64,000 nt of DNA, from assembly GCA_963788655.1 (NCBI GenBank), contig CAWBHS010000076.1, forward strand, positions 1-64,000, given 5' to 3'. This DNA comes from an uncultured Verrucomicrobiae bacterium (GTDB lineage Bacteria; Verrucomicrobiota; Verrucomicrobiia; Limisphaerales; JAFGQR01). Below are positions 19,903-30,542 of the stretch, piece after piece (the stretch's first letter is position 1; the number at the start of each line of letters is the position of its first letter). The notes beneath the pieces were generated by a model. That model searched no databases and was not told the DNA's origin. It was given only the letters and a program-made list of their open reading frames with translations. The position numbers and the translations under genes were made by a program.

Positions 19903-21855
19903 TCAGCCCTTGTAGAGCTGAAACATGCTGGCCAGGAGAATCAGCTCGGGATGCGCGGCCGACAGGCTGGGCAGGATCAGGCGGATCCGCGAGCGATAGG
20001 CTGCCAGCTTGACTCGCAGCGGCTCCAAGTCCTCCACCTGGTCCCAGTGCAGGCGTTTGAGATCCAGAACCAGACGGCTCTTGCTGCGGGCGAGGGAATC
20101 CCGAAGCCGTTGTCCCAAACCTTCCGCATCGGCCGCGGAAAGGGCTCCTTCCAAGCGCATCCACACGCGTCTCCGGGCGTGCTGCAGTTCGACCTGGATG
20201 GTCAGGTTCGGGGCCGAAACTTTGCGCTGGAATTCCTCCCAGAGATCAAGGCCTTTCCACCGTTGGTCCGGCAGCCGGAAGGTGGACCGCAACAACTTGG
20301 GATGCTGGAAAAGTTCCAGTTTCAGCGTCAACGCGGTCCACAACGCGGCGCCCACCGCCAGCACCGACTGGCAGCGCACAGCGAACGTAGGGCCGCTCAA
20401 TTCCGCGTGAATGCGCCGCTCCAAATCGCCAATCCAGCGCCGCACCGCGCCGTTGGGGCCGAGCCATTTCCCCGCCCGGAACACGGGGTAGGCCTCCCGC
20501 AAATCTTTTGCGTGCAACGCGGCCTTGGCCCGCAGAATTGGATTGGGCGAGTCTTTTAGTTTCTGGTAGCCGAGCAACCGGGTCTCCAGCACCCGGAAAA
20601 TGCTCGGGCCGAGCCGTTGGAAATCTTCTTCGAAACACTTGCGCTGGAGATCCTCAATTGCTTCCGGCGAAAGCGTCGGATGCTTGATCAAGGTCGTGAA
20701 GCCGTCCGCCCGGCGGTAAAACAGGTCGTACTCGTTGCGTATAGACATCGTGCAACAGGTTCTCCCTGATGACCCGCTCGTAAAACGGCGTGCCCGGCAC
20801 CGGGCCGTAAATCAGGAACTGCGACAAGGCGGGTTTGAGCTTGAGCAATCCGTCCAATTCCTGCGCCACCACCTCCGGGGTTTGATAATCAAACCCGACG
20901 ATCATCGACGCCAATACGGTGATGCCGTGCTCGCGAAACTCGGTGAGGATCTCCTCAACCGGCCGGCCTTGTTGTTTGGCGTAATTCGAGCGCGTTCCCT
21001 CGTAGCCGATCCAGAAACCATCAATGCCCATCTCCAGGATTTCCTCCACCGAGAATTGGCTGATGGCTTTGATGCTGGAGAAAGGCGAAGATCGAAAGGG
21101 TCTTTCCCGCTCTTCATCACGCAATCGCGAAATTCCATCGCGCGCTTTTTGTTCAGCAGAAAATCTTCGTCCAGAATGGAAAGACCAGGCTCGGATCCAG
21201 GTCCAAATAACGCTCCACGACGTCGTAAATGTCTCGGCCGGTCGGCAGCAGTTTGATGTGTTTGCGCGAGAAAAATGGGAGGTGCAGCAAAAATCGCAGC
21301 CATTCGGGCAGCCCAGGCCGGCGAAGATCTTGCCCGTGCCCGACACTTTCCAACCGAAGACTTTCAGCCAGCTCACGATCAGCGGGTGCTTGTAGGGCAT
21401 GGAAATTTCCGGCTCGCCCAGCAATCGCCGAAAATACGCCACGCCTTCCTCGCGGCAGATAAAGTCCGCATACGGTTGGAGCACGTCGTCCTTCAAGACG
21501 GTGCCGTAGCCGCCCAGGACGATCTTGCTTTCGGGGGCGTATTTCCGAATCAACGCGACCGTTTCCTTCATCTTGTGCATCACCGCCATGATGAAGGAGA
21601 TGCCCACGTAATCGTAGCCTTTCCGGAGTTCGCGGATCAGTTCGCGCCGCGACGGGTATTGCAGCACCACCGTCGGCGCGTCCAGATTCTCCGCGATGTA
21701 ATCGAGGGAAAATTGACGTTCACCGTGCGCGGACTGAAAATGCCCTGGGCGCGCGTTACCTGCCGGTAAAGCAGTTCGTAGCCGACGGACGGGGCATCGC
21801 CGTATTTCGGCCCCATGGGACGGCACACACTGGTTAACAATACTTTTTTGCTCAT
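19903..21855 (-). CDS. B12-binding radical SAM protein with C-terminal STAS-like domain; several frameshifts
   Basis: Joined from ORFs 21637, 20654, 21153, 20902 and 19903: YDYVGISF..KIVLGGYG (B12 domain), GCPNGCDFC, ILDEDF, SMIVGFD, PVPGTPFY; tail VWMRLEGALS..RLVLDLKRL. Confidence 0.8.
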
Positions 21856-22082
21856 AGGCATTGGTCATTGACCCTGCGGTGGGCTGCATCGTCGCGGATG
21901 GTTGGCATTCCGGCAAGGACCATTTGGGTGCGAAGCCATTTTGTCCTCCGACCGGCCGGCCACGACGACCCCACCTGGACTGACTGTTTGTTCATCGCCC
22001 ACCAATATAGGACAGGAAAGTGCGGTGGGGCTATGGGGTGTTTACCCCAATGGCGAAACACCTGTCAAAGCGGGAAGGCTTG

Positions 22083-22222
22083 CTACCAAACAATGGTCAA
22101 CTGGACGCTGCTTTCGATGATACCCGCGGCGATGGCGTAGCGGGTGAGGCCGGCGCGGTGTCGTGGATTGGGAGACGCTGTCTTCCTCACCGCTTGGAAT
22201 ACTTCGCGTTCGCGCAGCGACG
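22083..22222 (-). pseudogene. Remnant of a LuxR/NarL-type response regulator C-terminus
   Basis: SLREREVFQ ... (IHDT)AGLTRYAIAAGIIESSVQLTIV*; the central helix-turn-helix is missing. Confidence 0.55.
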
Positions 22223-22336
22223 CCACCAAGGAGTTGGCGGGTAGCTTGGCCACCAAATCATAACCCGTTGTTATTGCCCCCATTCGCGGCGCACTGAAGA
22301 TTTGCATCCCCGGACCGCCTCCCCATAATGCCGCCC

Positions 22337-23750
22337 ATGAAAGTCACGCAAGTCGCGATCTGCCCGACCGAAGCCTCCGGCAAGGCGGGACGGCCCGCGC
22401 TGACACCCGAACTGTTGGCTGCCAGCGGCGCTCGTTATTCCCGGAATGACGAGGGCCTTGCGGCCATCTTGTCGAAGATCGATCCGAACCATCTGGACAA
22501 ATCGGTCGATTCGATTTTTCGGATGGTCGATTACGGCCATCAGTCAATCGCCGATATGGTTCCCGTCGCCATCTTCATCGACGGCGTTTCCTTGTGGCTG
22601 GCCTATTACCTTTGGACACTTTGCCCGACCGCGGCGGGACAGGAGTCATCGACGCGATACGTGGGATTTTCGGTTGATGCCCTGGTGCCGCCGGAGCGGC
22701 TGGGGATTCCAGCTCCGGAAATTTCCCAATGGCGCGAGCTCATGCATGCGGCGTTTCAAGCGTATCAGGCCTCGCTAAAAACCTGGGAAGATTTGGCCCA
22801 AAGGGATCCGGCGCTAATGGGCATTCCTCAAGCCTTGCTTACCGACGGCTCGCCGGCGGCGCAGAAGAAAGTGGCGCGCCTGCGGCGAAATTACGCGTTT
22901 GACCGGGCCCGATACCTTCTGCCCGTCAGCGCGGCGACCAATGTGATGTTGATCATGTCGGCCCGGGCTTGGGTAATCCTTTGCCAACACCTCCTTTCGC
23001 ACCGATTGCCGGAGCCTCAACAGCTCGGCGAACTGATCCGCAATGAACTGCAACTGGCGGCGCCGCGCATGCTCAAGTATGCCCAAGCGACCGAATCCAA
23101 TCAGCAGGATCACCAAGCGGAATTCGAAAAACTCGTTCAACTGGCCAAGTCGCGTGATTGCTTGGGGGACGAACCGCCCACGGACTCTGCCGAGTCGGCG
23201 AAGCCGTTTCTTTCCGTCATGGTTCCGGAAGGAGTTTCCGAACCGGAAATTACCGCCGACCTGAGCTACCACCCCAATCGTTACAGTCCGGTGGGCAGCA
23301 GTCTCCATCGGATCGCCGTCCGCTTCGGTTGGTCGGCCCTCGGCTTTGCGGAAATCCGGGATTTGAATCGCCATCGGACGGGAACGAAGTACTGCCCGCA
23401 AGTGCCGAGTGGATTTTACTTTGCCCTGGACCAAGTGCCGGCGGCGGAGCGGGACCATCGAGCCCACCTGCTGCAACAAGGTGAGCTCGGGCGAACGGCC
23501 TCCGCGCAGGCTCTCCGCTTGCTGCGGCAGGAAGAACCGTCGGTACATCTACTGGTCCCTGCTCGGAACGGAATATCCGTTCGAACACGTGACCACCGCG
23601 GACAAATTCATCTACGAGGCGGAGTTGCGGACAGGTCTGGGGGCTCACTTTCGTTACGCCAAGCACTTGCGGGACGTTCTGGCGTTATGGTACCAGCGGT
23701 TTCCCTCGACCAAAAACCTGGTGCTGGAGGGCAGCGCCGAACCCGAATAA
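22337..23750 (+). CDS. thyX: FAD-dependent thymidylate synthase, tandem two-domain type; frameshift near 23543
   Basis: YGHQSIAD, QESSTRY, FDRARYLLP.SAATN, RDLNRHRT; C-terminus IYEAELRTGLGAHFRY lies in the 23409..23750 frame. Confidence 0.8.
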
Positions 23751-23819
23751 TCCTCAGCCGGGACTTGTCGATCCACCCGGCATCAATCCAACCAATGCTC
23801 CGATAGAACCGTTTTACCG

Positions 23820-25556
23820 ATGCAAAAACCCCGCCTCATTCGGCGCGGCCCGTATCCCGAGCTGACCTGGCCCGCGGTGTTGGTAGGGTATGGGCTCGGC
23901 GCGTTGATCGCCTTGAGCATTGGTTACGCGAGCCTCAAGCTGGGCTTCTCCATCGAAGGCTCGGAGCTGGCCGCCATCCTGGGCTTCGGCATCCTACGTG
24001 GCCTGATGGGGCGCAGCAGCATTGTGGAGAACAACATCAACCAAAGCCTGGCCAGTTCGGTCAACGCCGCCTCGGCCGGCATGGTGTTCTCGCTGCCGGC
24101 GCTGTTCATTTTGCACTACACCGATTTCAACGTGCCTTTGACCATCGTGGGCTGCATCACCGGCGGGGTGTTGGGGATCGCGTTCATCATCCCGTTGCGC
24201 AAGCAAATGATCGACTTCGAACGGCTGGCGTTTCCGGGCGGCATTGCCGTGGCGGCCATCCTCAAATCGCCCGGCGCCGGTATTCGCAAAGCCTGGCTGT
24301 TGGTCGGCGGCGCGTTGCTCAGCGGCATCGTCCACGGCCTCAGTTTGACCATGCACTGGGAAGAAGTCCCGTTGGGCGCCTGGATCGGAATGCCGGATTA
24401 CATGAATGGAATTTGGTACTTGTCGCTGATGACGGTCGGGGTTGGTTTCCTGTCCGGTCGCGGCGGCGTTTTTTTCATCGTGGGCGGCTACGCGTGTTAT
24501 TGGATTCTGGCGCCGATTCTCAATTGGCAGGGTTTACTGCCCGCTCCCGCTCAGTTGGCCGAGACGGGCATCGCCACGGCGGACTACTTGCAGCGGTCGT
24601 TGTTCCGGCCCGTGGGTATCGGGATGTTGGTGGGCGGAGCGTTGACGGGAGTGGCGCTGGCCTTGCCGTTAATGCTCAGCGCGGTGCGCAGCATGCACCA
24701 GGCCTCCAAAACGGCGTCCGCGGTTTCGCGGGACGAAATGCCCATCCGAATTCTGTATCTGGCCGTGGCAGGCGCGTTTGTGGGGCTGTTGGTGATTTCC
24801 GAATGGTCGGTGCCGGAGATGACCTTGTGGCGGGGCGCGCTGATGGCCCTGCTCGGCACGCTCTGGATCTGGATGGCTGGGGTGATTCTATCCGAGTGCA
24901 TCGGGCGCACGAATTGGTCGCCGCTTTCCGGCATGACTTTGATCGCCATTACCATTCTGATTTTCGCGGGCAGCGGCATGGGGAACCGTCAAACAGTGAT
25001 CGCCGCAGTCATGGTGGGCGCGGCGGCGTGTGTGGCCATGGCGCAGGCCACCGACTTGATGCTGGATCTGAAAACCGGCTACCTCGTGGGCGCCTCGCCC
25101 AAGAAACAGCAAATTGCCCAATTCCTCGGCACCTGGCTGGGTCCCATTCTGGTGATGTGGATCATCTTTTGGTTGGATCGAGATTCACCGTTGGGCGGCG
25201 AAAAATATCCGGCGCCGCAAGGCCAGGCGCTGGCCAGCGTGATCCAGGGCATCCTCGGCGGCGACGTGCCTACGCAAAAATATCTCGCTGGGGCAGGACT
25301 GGGCGCGCTGCTCAGTGTGAGCGGCATTGGCGGCTTGGGCGTGCTGGTGGGATTGGGATTCTATCTGCCGTTTGACATTGTGTTGACCTACACCATCGGC
25401 ACGGTGATGCGGTGGGCGTCCGACCGGTGGAAAGGCGCTGAGTTCAGCCAGGACGTCGGCATTCCGGTGGCCGCCGGTTTGATTGTGGGCGAGGCGCTCG
25501 TGGGCGTGGGCAATGCGATGTGGAGCGTCATGATGGCCGGAGGAGGTGCTGGATGA
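23820..25556 (+). CDS. OPT/YSL-family oligopeptide or metal-chelate transporter
   Basis: ELTWPAV, YASLKLG, ENNINQSLAS, PLRKQMID..L.FP.G.A.A, DLKTGYLVGASPKKQQ, PAPQ, GLIVGE. Confidence 0.92.
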   Translation: MQKPRLIRRGPYPELTWPAVLVGYGLGALIALSIGYASLKLGFSIEGSELAAILGFGILRGLMGRSSIVENNINQSLASSVNAASAGMVFSLPALFILHYTDFNVPLTIVGCITGGVLGIAFIIPLRKQMIDFERLAFPGGIAVAAILKSPGAGIRKAWLLVGGALLSGIVHGLSLTMHWEEVPLGAWIGMPDYMNGIWYLSLMTVGVGFLSGRGGVFFIVGGYACYWILAPILNWQGLLPAPAQLAETGIATADYLQRSLFRPVGIGMLVGGALTGVALALPLMLSAVRSMHQASKTASAVSRDEMPIRILYLAVAGAFVGLLVISEWSVPEMTLWRGALMALLGTLWIWMAGVILSECIGRTNWSPLSGMTLIAITILIFAGSGMGNRQTVIAAVMVGAAACVAMAQATDLMLDLKTGYLVGASPKKQQIAQFLGTWLGPILVMWIIFWLDRDSPLGGEKYPAPQGQALASVIQGILGGDVPTQKYLAGAGLGALLSVSGIGGLGVLVGLGFYLPFDIVLTYTIGTVMRWASDRWKGAEFSQDVGIPVAAGLIVGEALVGVGNAMWSVMMAGGGAG

Positions 25557-26110
25557 AAACGTTGGCCTATCTGCTCATTAGCGTTGGGTTCCTGGCGGCT
25601 TCGCTCGTGGCGGTGCAAACGCCGGCCAACGAGATTGCGTGGGCCAAATACGTCCCCGCTTTGCTGCCCGGGTTGGTCGGCGTGGTGCTGGCGCGGCTGG
25701 CCAATCGGCAGAGGGCACAGCATGCCGGCGCGCTACAATCCAATTCGCGGCAATTGCAGGAAAGCCTGAGGCGCATCGTCGCCAATGCCGCTCTGCTGGA
25801 ACACGAACAGGCCAGTGCGCCTGACCGCGAAGTTCATCAGCGCATCGACCAGCTTTTTCGCGACGACTTGAACACCTTTGCGGAGGCCCGCCAGACCATT
25901 TCACATCTCCATGGTCTTCAGGCTTACGCAGCGGTGATGAATGAATTCGCGGCGGGCGAGCGCTATTTGAATCGGGTGTGGTCCGCGTCCGTGGACGGAT
26001 ATGTTGACGAAGTCCGCGAATATCTGACCAAAGCCCGGCATCAATTCGACCAGACCAAAATGGTGTTGGACCGTTACCTGCCATCGCCTTCGAATTCCAA
26101 CCAACCATGA
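25553..26110 (+). CDS. Hypothetical membrane protein coupled to the OPT gene
   Basis: ATGA overlap with the OPT stop; two TM helices, then a helical domain (FAAGERYLNRVWSASVDGY). Confidence 0.75.
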   Translation: MKTLAYLLISVGFLAASLVAVQTPANEIAWAKYVPALLPGLVGVVLARLANRQRAQHAGALQSNSRQLQESLRRIVANAALLEHEQASAPDREVHQRIDQLFRDDLNTFAEARQTISHLHGLQAYAAVMNEFAAGERYLNRVWSASVDGYVDEVREYLTKARHQFDQTKMVLDRYLPSPSNSNQP

Positions 26111-26303
26111 GGTCTCACGGAAATCGAACTTGCGATCCGCCTTCACGTTGCGTTCGCTCACGTCCGTGAACCACGCGTCAACGAATTCCGCTGTCACCAA
26201 CTGATTGCCCAACTGAGGACGCTTCTTCCTGACCTTCCTGCTGGGCTGCGGCAGTCTCGCTTCAGCCGCTCAAGCCGCAAATTCACCATCTACACTTCCG
26301 GGC

Positions 26304-26439
26304 TCGTAGCAGTGGAGGTGAGTCCGCGCTATGATTTCTGCCGCGTCGTCCGAACTGAGGGAGAGTGAATGAAATGTCGCGACATGCTGTGGCGGCCTGG
26401 CACGAGCATGTTTGAGCCGACTCACGTCGGCTGCTACGA
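26304..26439. repeat. GTAG-type REP doublet, family A (degenerate)
   Basis: tcgtagcagtggaggtgagtc ... gactcacgtcggctgctacga. Confidence 0.65.
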
Positions 26440-26472
26440 TTTGGCGAATGTGCGCTTCGAAGAGGAGGCGGC

Positions 26473-29400
26473 TCAGTTGTGCGCATTCGCCGAAGCGCCC
26501 GCCGTTTGCTTCGCTGTGCGGGCCGGTTTGAACATTCCATTGGTTCGGTCGCCTCCGGAAAGAACGTAGGCCATCAGGTCGAGGATTTCGTCCTGTTCGA
26601 GCACGTCCAGCAGGCCCGTGGGCATGGGCGAGACGGTTGCGGGTTTGATGGAATCAATGAGCTTGCGGTCGATGGTCACATCCTGCGCGGGATCAAACAA
26701 GTCGGTGTTGACGCGAATGTTGTCGCCGCCCAGATAGACGATATGGCCGGTTACACTCTCGTCGTCCACCGTGGTGATTACCATGGGCGCGTAGAGGTCG
26801 CTGATGGTTTTGCTCGGTTCGATGATGGCTTCGATCAGGTCGTGCGGACTGTACCGTCCGCCCGCCCCGGTCAGGTCCGGTCCCACTGCCCCGCCTTCGT
26901 TGGCAAAACGATGGCAGGCAAAACAGCCCACCGCGCCGAAGAGCTTACGCCCACGGGCGAAATCGCGGTCGCGCAGCCCGCGTTCGACCACCGGTGCCAG
27001 GTCTTTGACCGTCCATTCTTTGACAAAGGAATGTCCCACCAACGCGGCCTGCATGGCTTGAAGTGGAGATTTCACGACCGGCACGGCTTCGAGAATTGGT
27101 TTCAACTCGCGCTTCTCAGCCTCGCTGCACGTGGCCAGGGCGTCGTTCTTGATGAGCTTGATGAAGCCGGCAAAGCTCGCTCCGCCACGATAACTCGTGG
27201 CTTTGTTGAACCATTCGAAATAACGTCGGCGCAACTCCGGCGTCCAACCGGCCCGCAGCATCCGCAGGGACTTGATGTATTCGATCTGCTCTTCCTGGGT
27301 GGGGGCGCGGTCCACCAGAGCGAGCGCCTTGCCCGCCACATCGGGATCCTGGAGATACACGAGCAATTCGCAAAGCATCGCATTGGCTTCTATCTGCTCA
27401 GCCGGAAAATGAGGGGCAAACTCGGCGATAAGTCGCTGCCGGATGGCGTCGTCGGGCGGAGCGAGGCGAATGAAGGTCAATCCATAAATGCGGAGCAGTT
27501 GGAGGCGTTGGTCGGCGGTCAACGTGTCCCAGTCGAAGTGCGCCAGCGCGGTTAGCAAGTCGTCGCGTGACTTTGGATCGGGCGGCGGCGCGTCGGCGGG
27601 CGGTTGGGGTTGCGCATCCCGGCCGGTCACCCGCACCAGGGCGAGCAACGCGCTCAGGGCAGTCTGCGGATCGGTCTCGGTCAACGCCCGACTGCGCCAC
27701 GATTGCGGGTTCTGCGATTCGATGGCCACGCGGGCTGCGAAGCGGACGAAGCGATCGGGGTGCTTTAGATACGGCCAGGCCGTGTCCACCGCGAGCGGAT
27801 CATGCCGTCCGTGGAAGGCTTCCAGCTTCCTGCGCAACGCCCGGGCTTCGGCGGCTTGTGGATCAACCGTCACCGAGGCCGGAGCGGTGGATTCCTTGCC
27901 AGTATAAGTAAGGCGATAGAGACCAGTTTGGATGCGCCAACCGCCGGTGACAAAATACAGCGCGCCATCGCGCGGGTTTACGAGGATGTCGGTGGTGGGC
28001 AACGGTGTGCCGGTGAGCAATAACTCCGCTTCGCCGCGATAGGCTGCGCCTTCGGGCGTGAGAGGCAATGTGTAAAGCCGGCCGTAACTCCAATCCGGCA
28101 GAAAGAGTGCGTTTTGATATTTCGCTGGGAACTTCGCCCCGTAACCGAAGCACATGCCCACCGGCGAGCCAGGACCAATCTCCACCACGGGCGGGAGACT
28201 GTCCGGATAATAGGGCGGCCATTTGCCCGAGCCGTTGCGCCAGCCGTATTCACTGCCGCTGCTGACCAGACAGACGCGCGTTGGCCGATACCAGGGCGTG
28301 TTCATGTCCCATTCCATGTCCGCGTCGTAGGTGAACAGGTCGCCGTTCCGATTGAAGGCCGCGTCGTACGGATTGCGATAGCCGACCGAAATGAGTTCCC
28401 ATTTCTTGCCCTCGGGATCCACCCGATAAAAGCACCCGCCTGGGGCGAGCACGTTCACCATAAAACCGCGCGCGTCGGCGACGCGGGGCAACAGATGGTC
28501 TTCCCCCCAAACCAGCGGCACGCGCGACGCAGACAGCTTGGTCAATTCCGTGGCGTCGCCGGCCACGACGTAAATGGACTTCCCATCCGGCCCCTTCAGC
28601 AATCCGTGCCAACCATGATCGCCGCCGCCGCCCAGGGCGCGCAGTTGCTCGACCTTGTCCAGGCGATCGTCACCATCAGTGTCCCGCACGCGATAGAGCC
28701 CGCTATCGTACTTTCCGTTCTTGCTCACCAGGGCGTAGAGGCTGTCAAACGCCCACAACAATCCCTGAGCGCTGCTCAGGTCCACGTCGATCTTTTCAAC
28801 TTTCGTCTGGTCCGGCGCGCCCCCGAGCGGCGGCGGCGTGACGCGATACAGGCCGCCTTCGTATTGGTCGCAAACGATGAGCCGCCCCAGGTCATCCACG
28901 CATATACTGACCCAGGAACCTTGCGACTTGGGTGGTGAATACAGGAGTTCAATGCGAAAGCCGTCGGCAACTTTGATGTGTTCGACCGGGGTAGCGGTGG
29001 GAGGCTTTTCCTTGCCCGCGGACAGGAGTTTCTTGGTGGTCAAACTCGTCCACGGCTGATCGCCCAGCTTACCCAGCACGAGCGGTGTTTTCCAAGTGCG
29101 GTCATCGAAGCCGGCTTGTTTCCAGTCGTCACCCGGCTGTTTCGACCAACGCCAGGTCCCGTCGGTCACCACCGAATGGCGAGCGCCGGTCGCGCCCTCG
29201 AGGTCCAACCGCATCAGCAACGCCGCGGCGCCCGGTTCGCGATTCTTTGCCTGCACGGCCAGCAAGTGGGTTTGGCCGGTGCCTGCCGCCAGTGACTCGA
29301 TCACATCCGCCGCCGCTGGTGTCATCCACAAATCACCTGACAACACCTTTTGCCCGTCGAGGAAGGCAACGAATTCGTCGTCGCACGAACCGTAAAGCCG

Positions 29401-30264
29401 GGCGCTTTTCAGACCGGTCGGCACAGTGAAGGTTTTGTGGAAATAGACGGTTTCATTTTGGCCGGCGCTGCGGGTGGGCCAGATCCATTGGGGCGTAACA
29501 CTTGTTTGCTTTTCACCGGAATTCCCGGAGTTGGACTTGTCGGAGTTCGTCGGGTTGGACGATTCCACCGGGGCCGGCAACACCTTCAGCCGAATGTTGC
29601 GGAATTGGACTTTCATTGGCGGACCCGGATGCATTTGAAACGCGATGATGCCGCGCCGGGCGGCCTGACCTTCCTGGCGGTCGATGGCATGGGCCATCAG
29701 GACGTCGTTGATGAAGAGTTGAATATCCGGGCCGCGGGCGAGGATACGGTAGGTGTTCCATTGTTCGTGGTGAATATGTGTCCGCAGCTTCGCCGGATCA
29801 CCCAACAAGGATTCGTGCCGCGTGCCGTCCGGGTCAATGACCACTTTTTGTCCGCGCATCGCGATGCCGCCGCGGGCGTGCTCGAACAGGGCGCCGGTCC
29901 AGTCATCCGCGGCGTCCATGTCGGCCTGGTAACCGCGCGTGTCCCAATCCGGCACTTCACGGCTGCGGAACTGGATGCCCGAATTACCGCCGACGAGTTT
30001 CCATTCCAGGCGCAGATCAAAATCCGCCGGTTGCCCGCCGCGCCAGATGAGATAATTATGTTTCTCGCATGGTTTCTCGGGGGTGCTCTGCGCGGTGATG
30101 GCGCCGTCCTCGACAAACCACCATCCCGGCTTGCCGTCCCAGTTGGTGAGGTCGCGACCGTTGAACAGCGAAATGAAGTCCGATTCATGGGCCGGAGCCG
30201 CTCCACGGACCGTCCAGACGGAGACCAAGAGTCCCACCAGCAATACGATGCGAATGCGATTCAT
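26473..30264 (-). CDS. Secreted multidomain PVC-type haem protein: DUF1080 + jelly roll + beta-propeller dehydrogenase-like domain + HEAT-like region + c-type cytochrome
   Basis: SLFNGRDLTNW..GNSGIQFRS..GYQAD..QMHPGPPMKVQFRNI (DUF1080); GYRNPYD, YDADMEWD (propeller); CFACH..GGAVGPDLT..SPMPTGL (CxxCH with distal Met). Confidence 0.88.
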   Translation of the reverse strand: MNRIRIVLLVGLLVSVWTVRGAAPAHESDFISLFNGRDLTNWDGKPGWWFVEDGAITAQSTPEKPCEKHNYLIWRGGQPADFDLRLEWKLVGGNSGIQFRSREVPDWDTRGYQADMDAADDWTGALFEHARGGIAMRGQKVVIDPDGTRHESLLGDPAKLRTHIHHEQWNTYRILARGPDIQLFINDVLMAHAIDRQEGQAARRGIIAFQMHPGPPMKVQFRNIRLKVLPAPVESSNPTNSDKSNSGNSGEKQTSVTPQWIWPTRSAGQNETVYFHKTFTVPTGLKSARLYGSCDDEFVAFLDGQKVLSGDLWMTPAAADVIESLAAGTGQTHLLAVQAKNREPGAAALLMRLDLEGATGARHSVVTDGTWRWSKQPGDDWKQAGFDDRTWKTPLVLGKLGDQPWTSLTTKKLLSAGKEKPPTATPVEHIKVADGFRIELLYSPPKSQGSWVSICVDDLGRLIVCDQYEGGLYRVTPPPLGGAPDQTKVEKIDVDLSSAQGLLWAFDSLYALVSKNGKYDSGLYRVRDTDGDDRLDKVEQLRALGGGGDHGWHGLLKGPDGKSIYVVAGDATELTKLSASRVPLVWGEDHLLPRVADARGFMVNVLAPGGCFYRVDPEGKKWELISVGYRNPYDAAFNRNGDLFTYDADMEWDMNTPWYRPTRVCLVSSGSEYGWRNGSGKWPPYYPDSLPPVVEIGPGSPVGMCFGYGAKFPAKYQNALFLPDWSYGRLYTLPLTPEGAAYRGEAELLLTGTPLPTTDILVNPRDGALYFVTGGWRIQTGLYRLTYTGKESTAPASVTVDPQAAEARALRRKLEAFHGRHDPLAVDTAWPYLKHPDRFVRFAARVAIESQNPQSWRSRALTETDPQTALSALLALVRVTGRDAQPQPPADAPPPDPKSRDDLLTALAHFDWDTLTADQRLQLLRIYGLTFIRLAPPDDAIRQRLIAEFAPHFPAEQIEANAMLCELLVYLQDPDVAGKALALVDRAPTQEEQIEYIKSLRMLRAGWTPELRRRYFEWFNKATSYRGGASFAGFIKLIKNDALATCSEAEKRELKPILEAVPVVKSPLQAMQAALVGHSFVKEWTVKDLAPVVERGLRDRDFARGRKLFGAVGCFACHRFANEGGAVGPDLTGAGGRYSPHDLIEAIIEPSKTISDLYAPMVITTVDDESVTGHIVYLGGDNIRVNTDLFDPAQDVTIDRKLIDSIKPATVSPMPTGLLDVLEQDEILDLMAYVLSGGDRTNGMFKPARTAKQTAGASANAHN

Positions 30265-30542
30265 AAAGGTGTTTCATAACAAATCGCGATACGAGCCGCA
30301 AGCCGGCGGATCGAGCACCACCGGTTTTTTGCTACCAGAACCTCCAGTTCAGCAATCCCGGTCGAACGCGTCGTGGTCGGCGACAATATCGAAGGCCCGG
30401 TTTCCCAGCGGTTCCTCCCGCTGGAAAGGCGCAACGGCATTCTCGGTCGCCTTTCACCCACGTTTCCACTTGCCCCCACACTGGTTTCGACATAACGTGC
30501 CACCGTGGTGAAGTAGCGAAGTTGCAGAATGTTTTTTAACCC

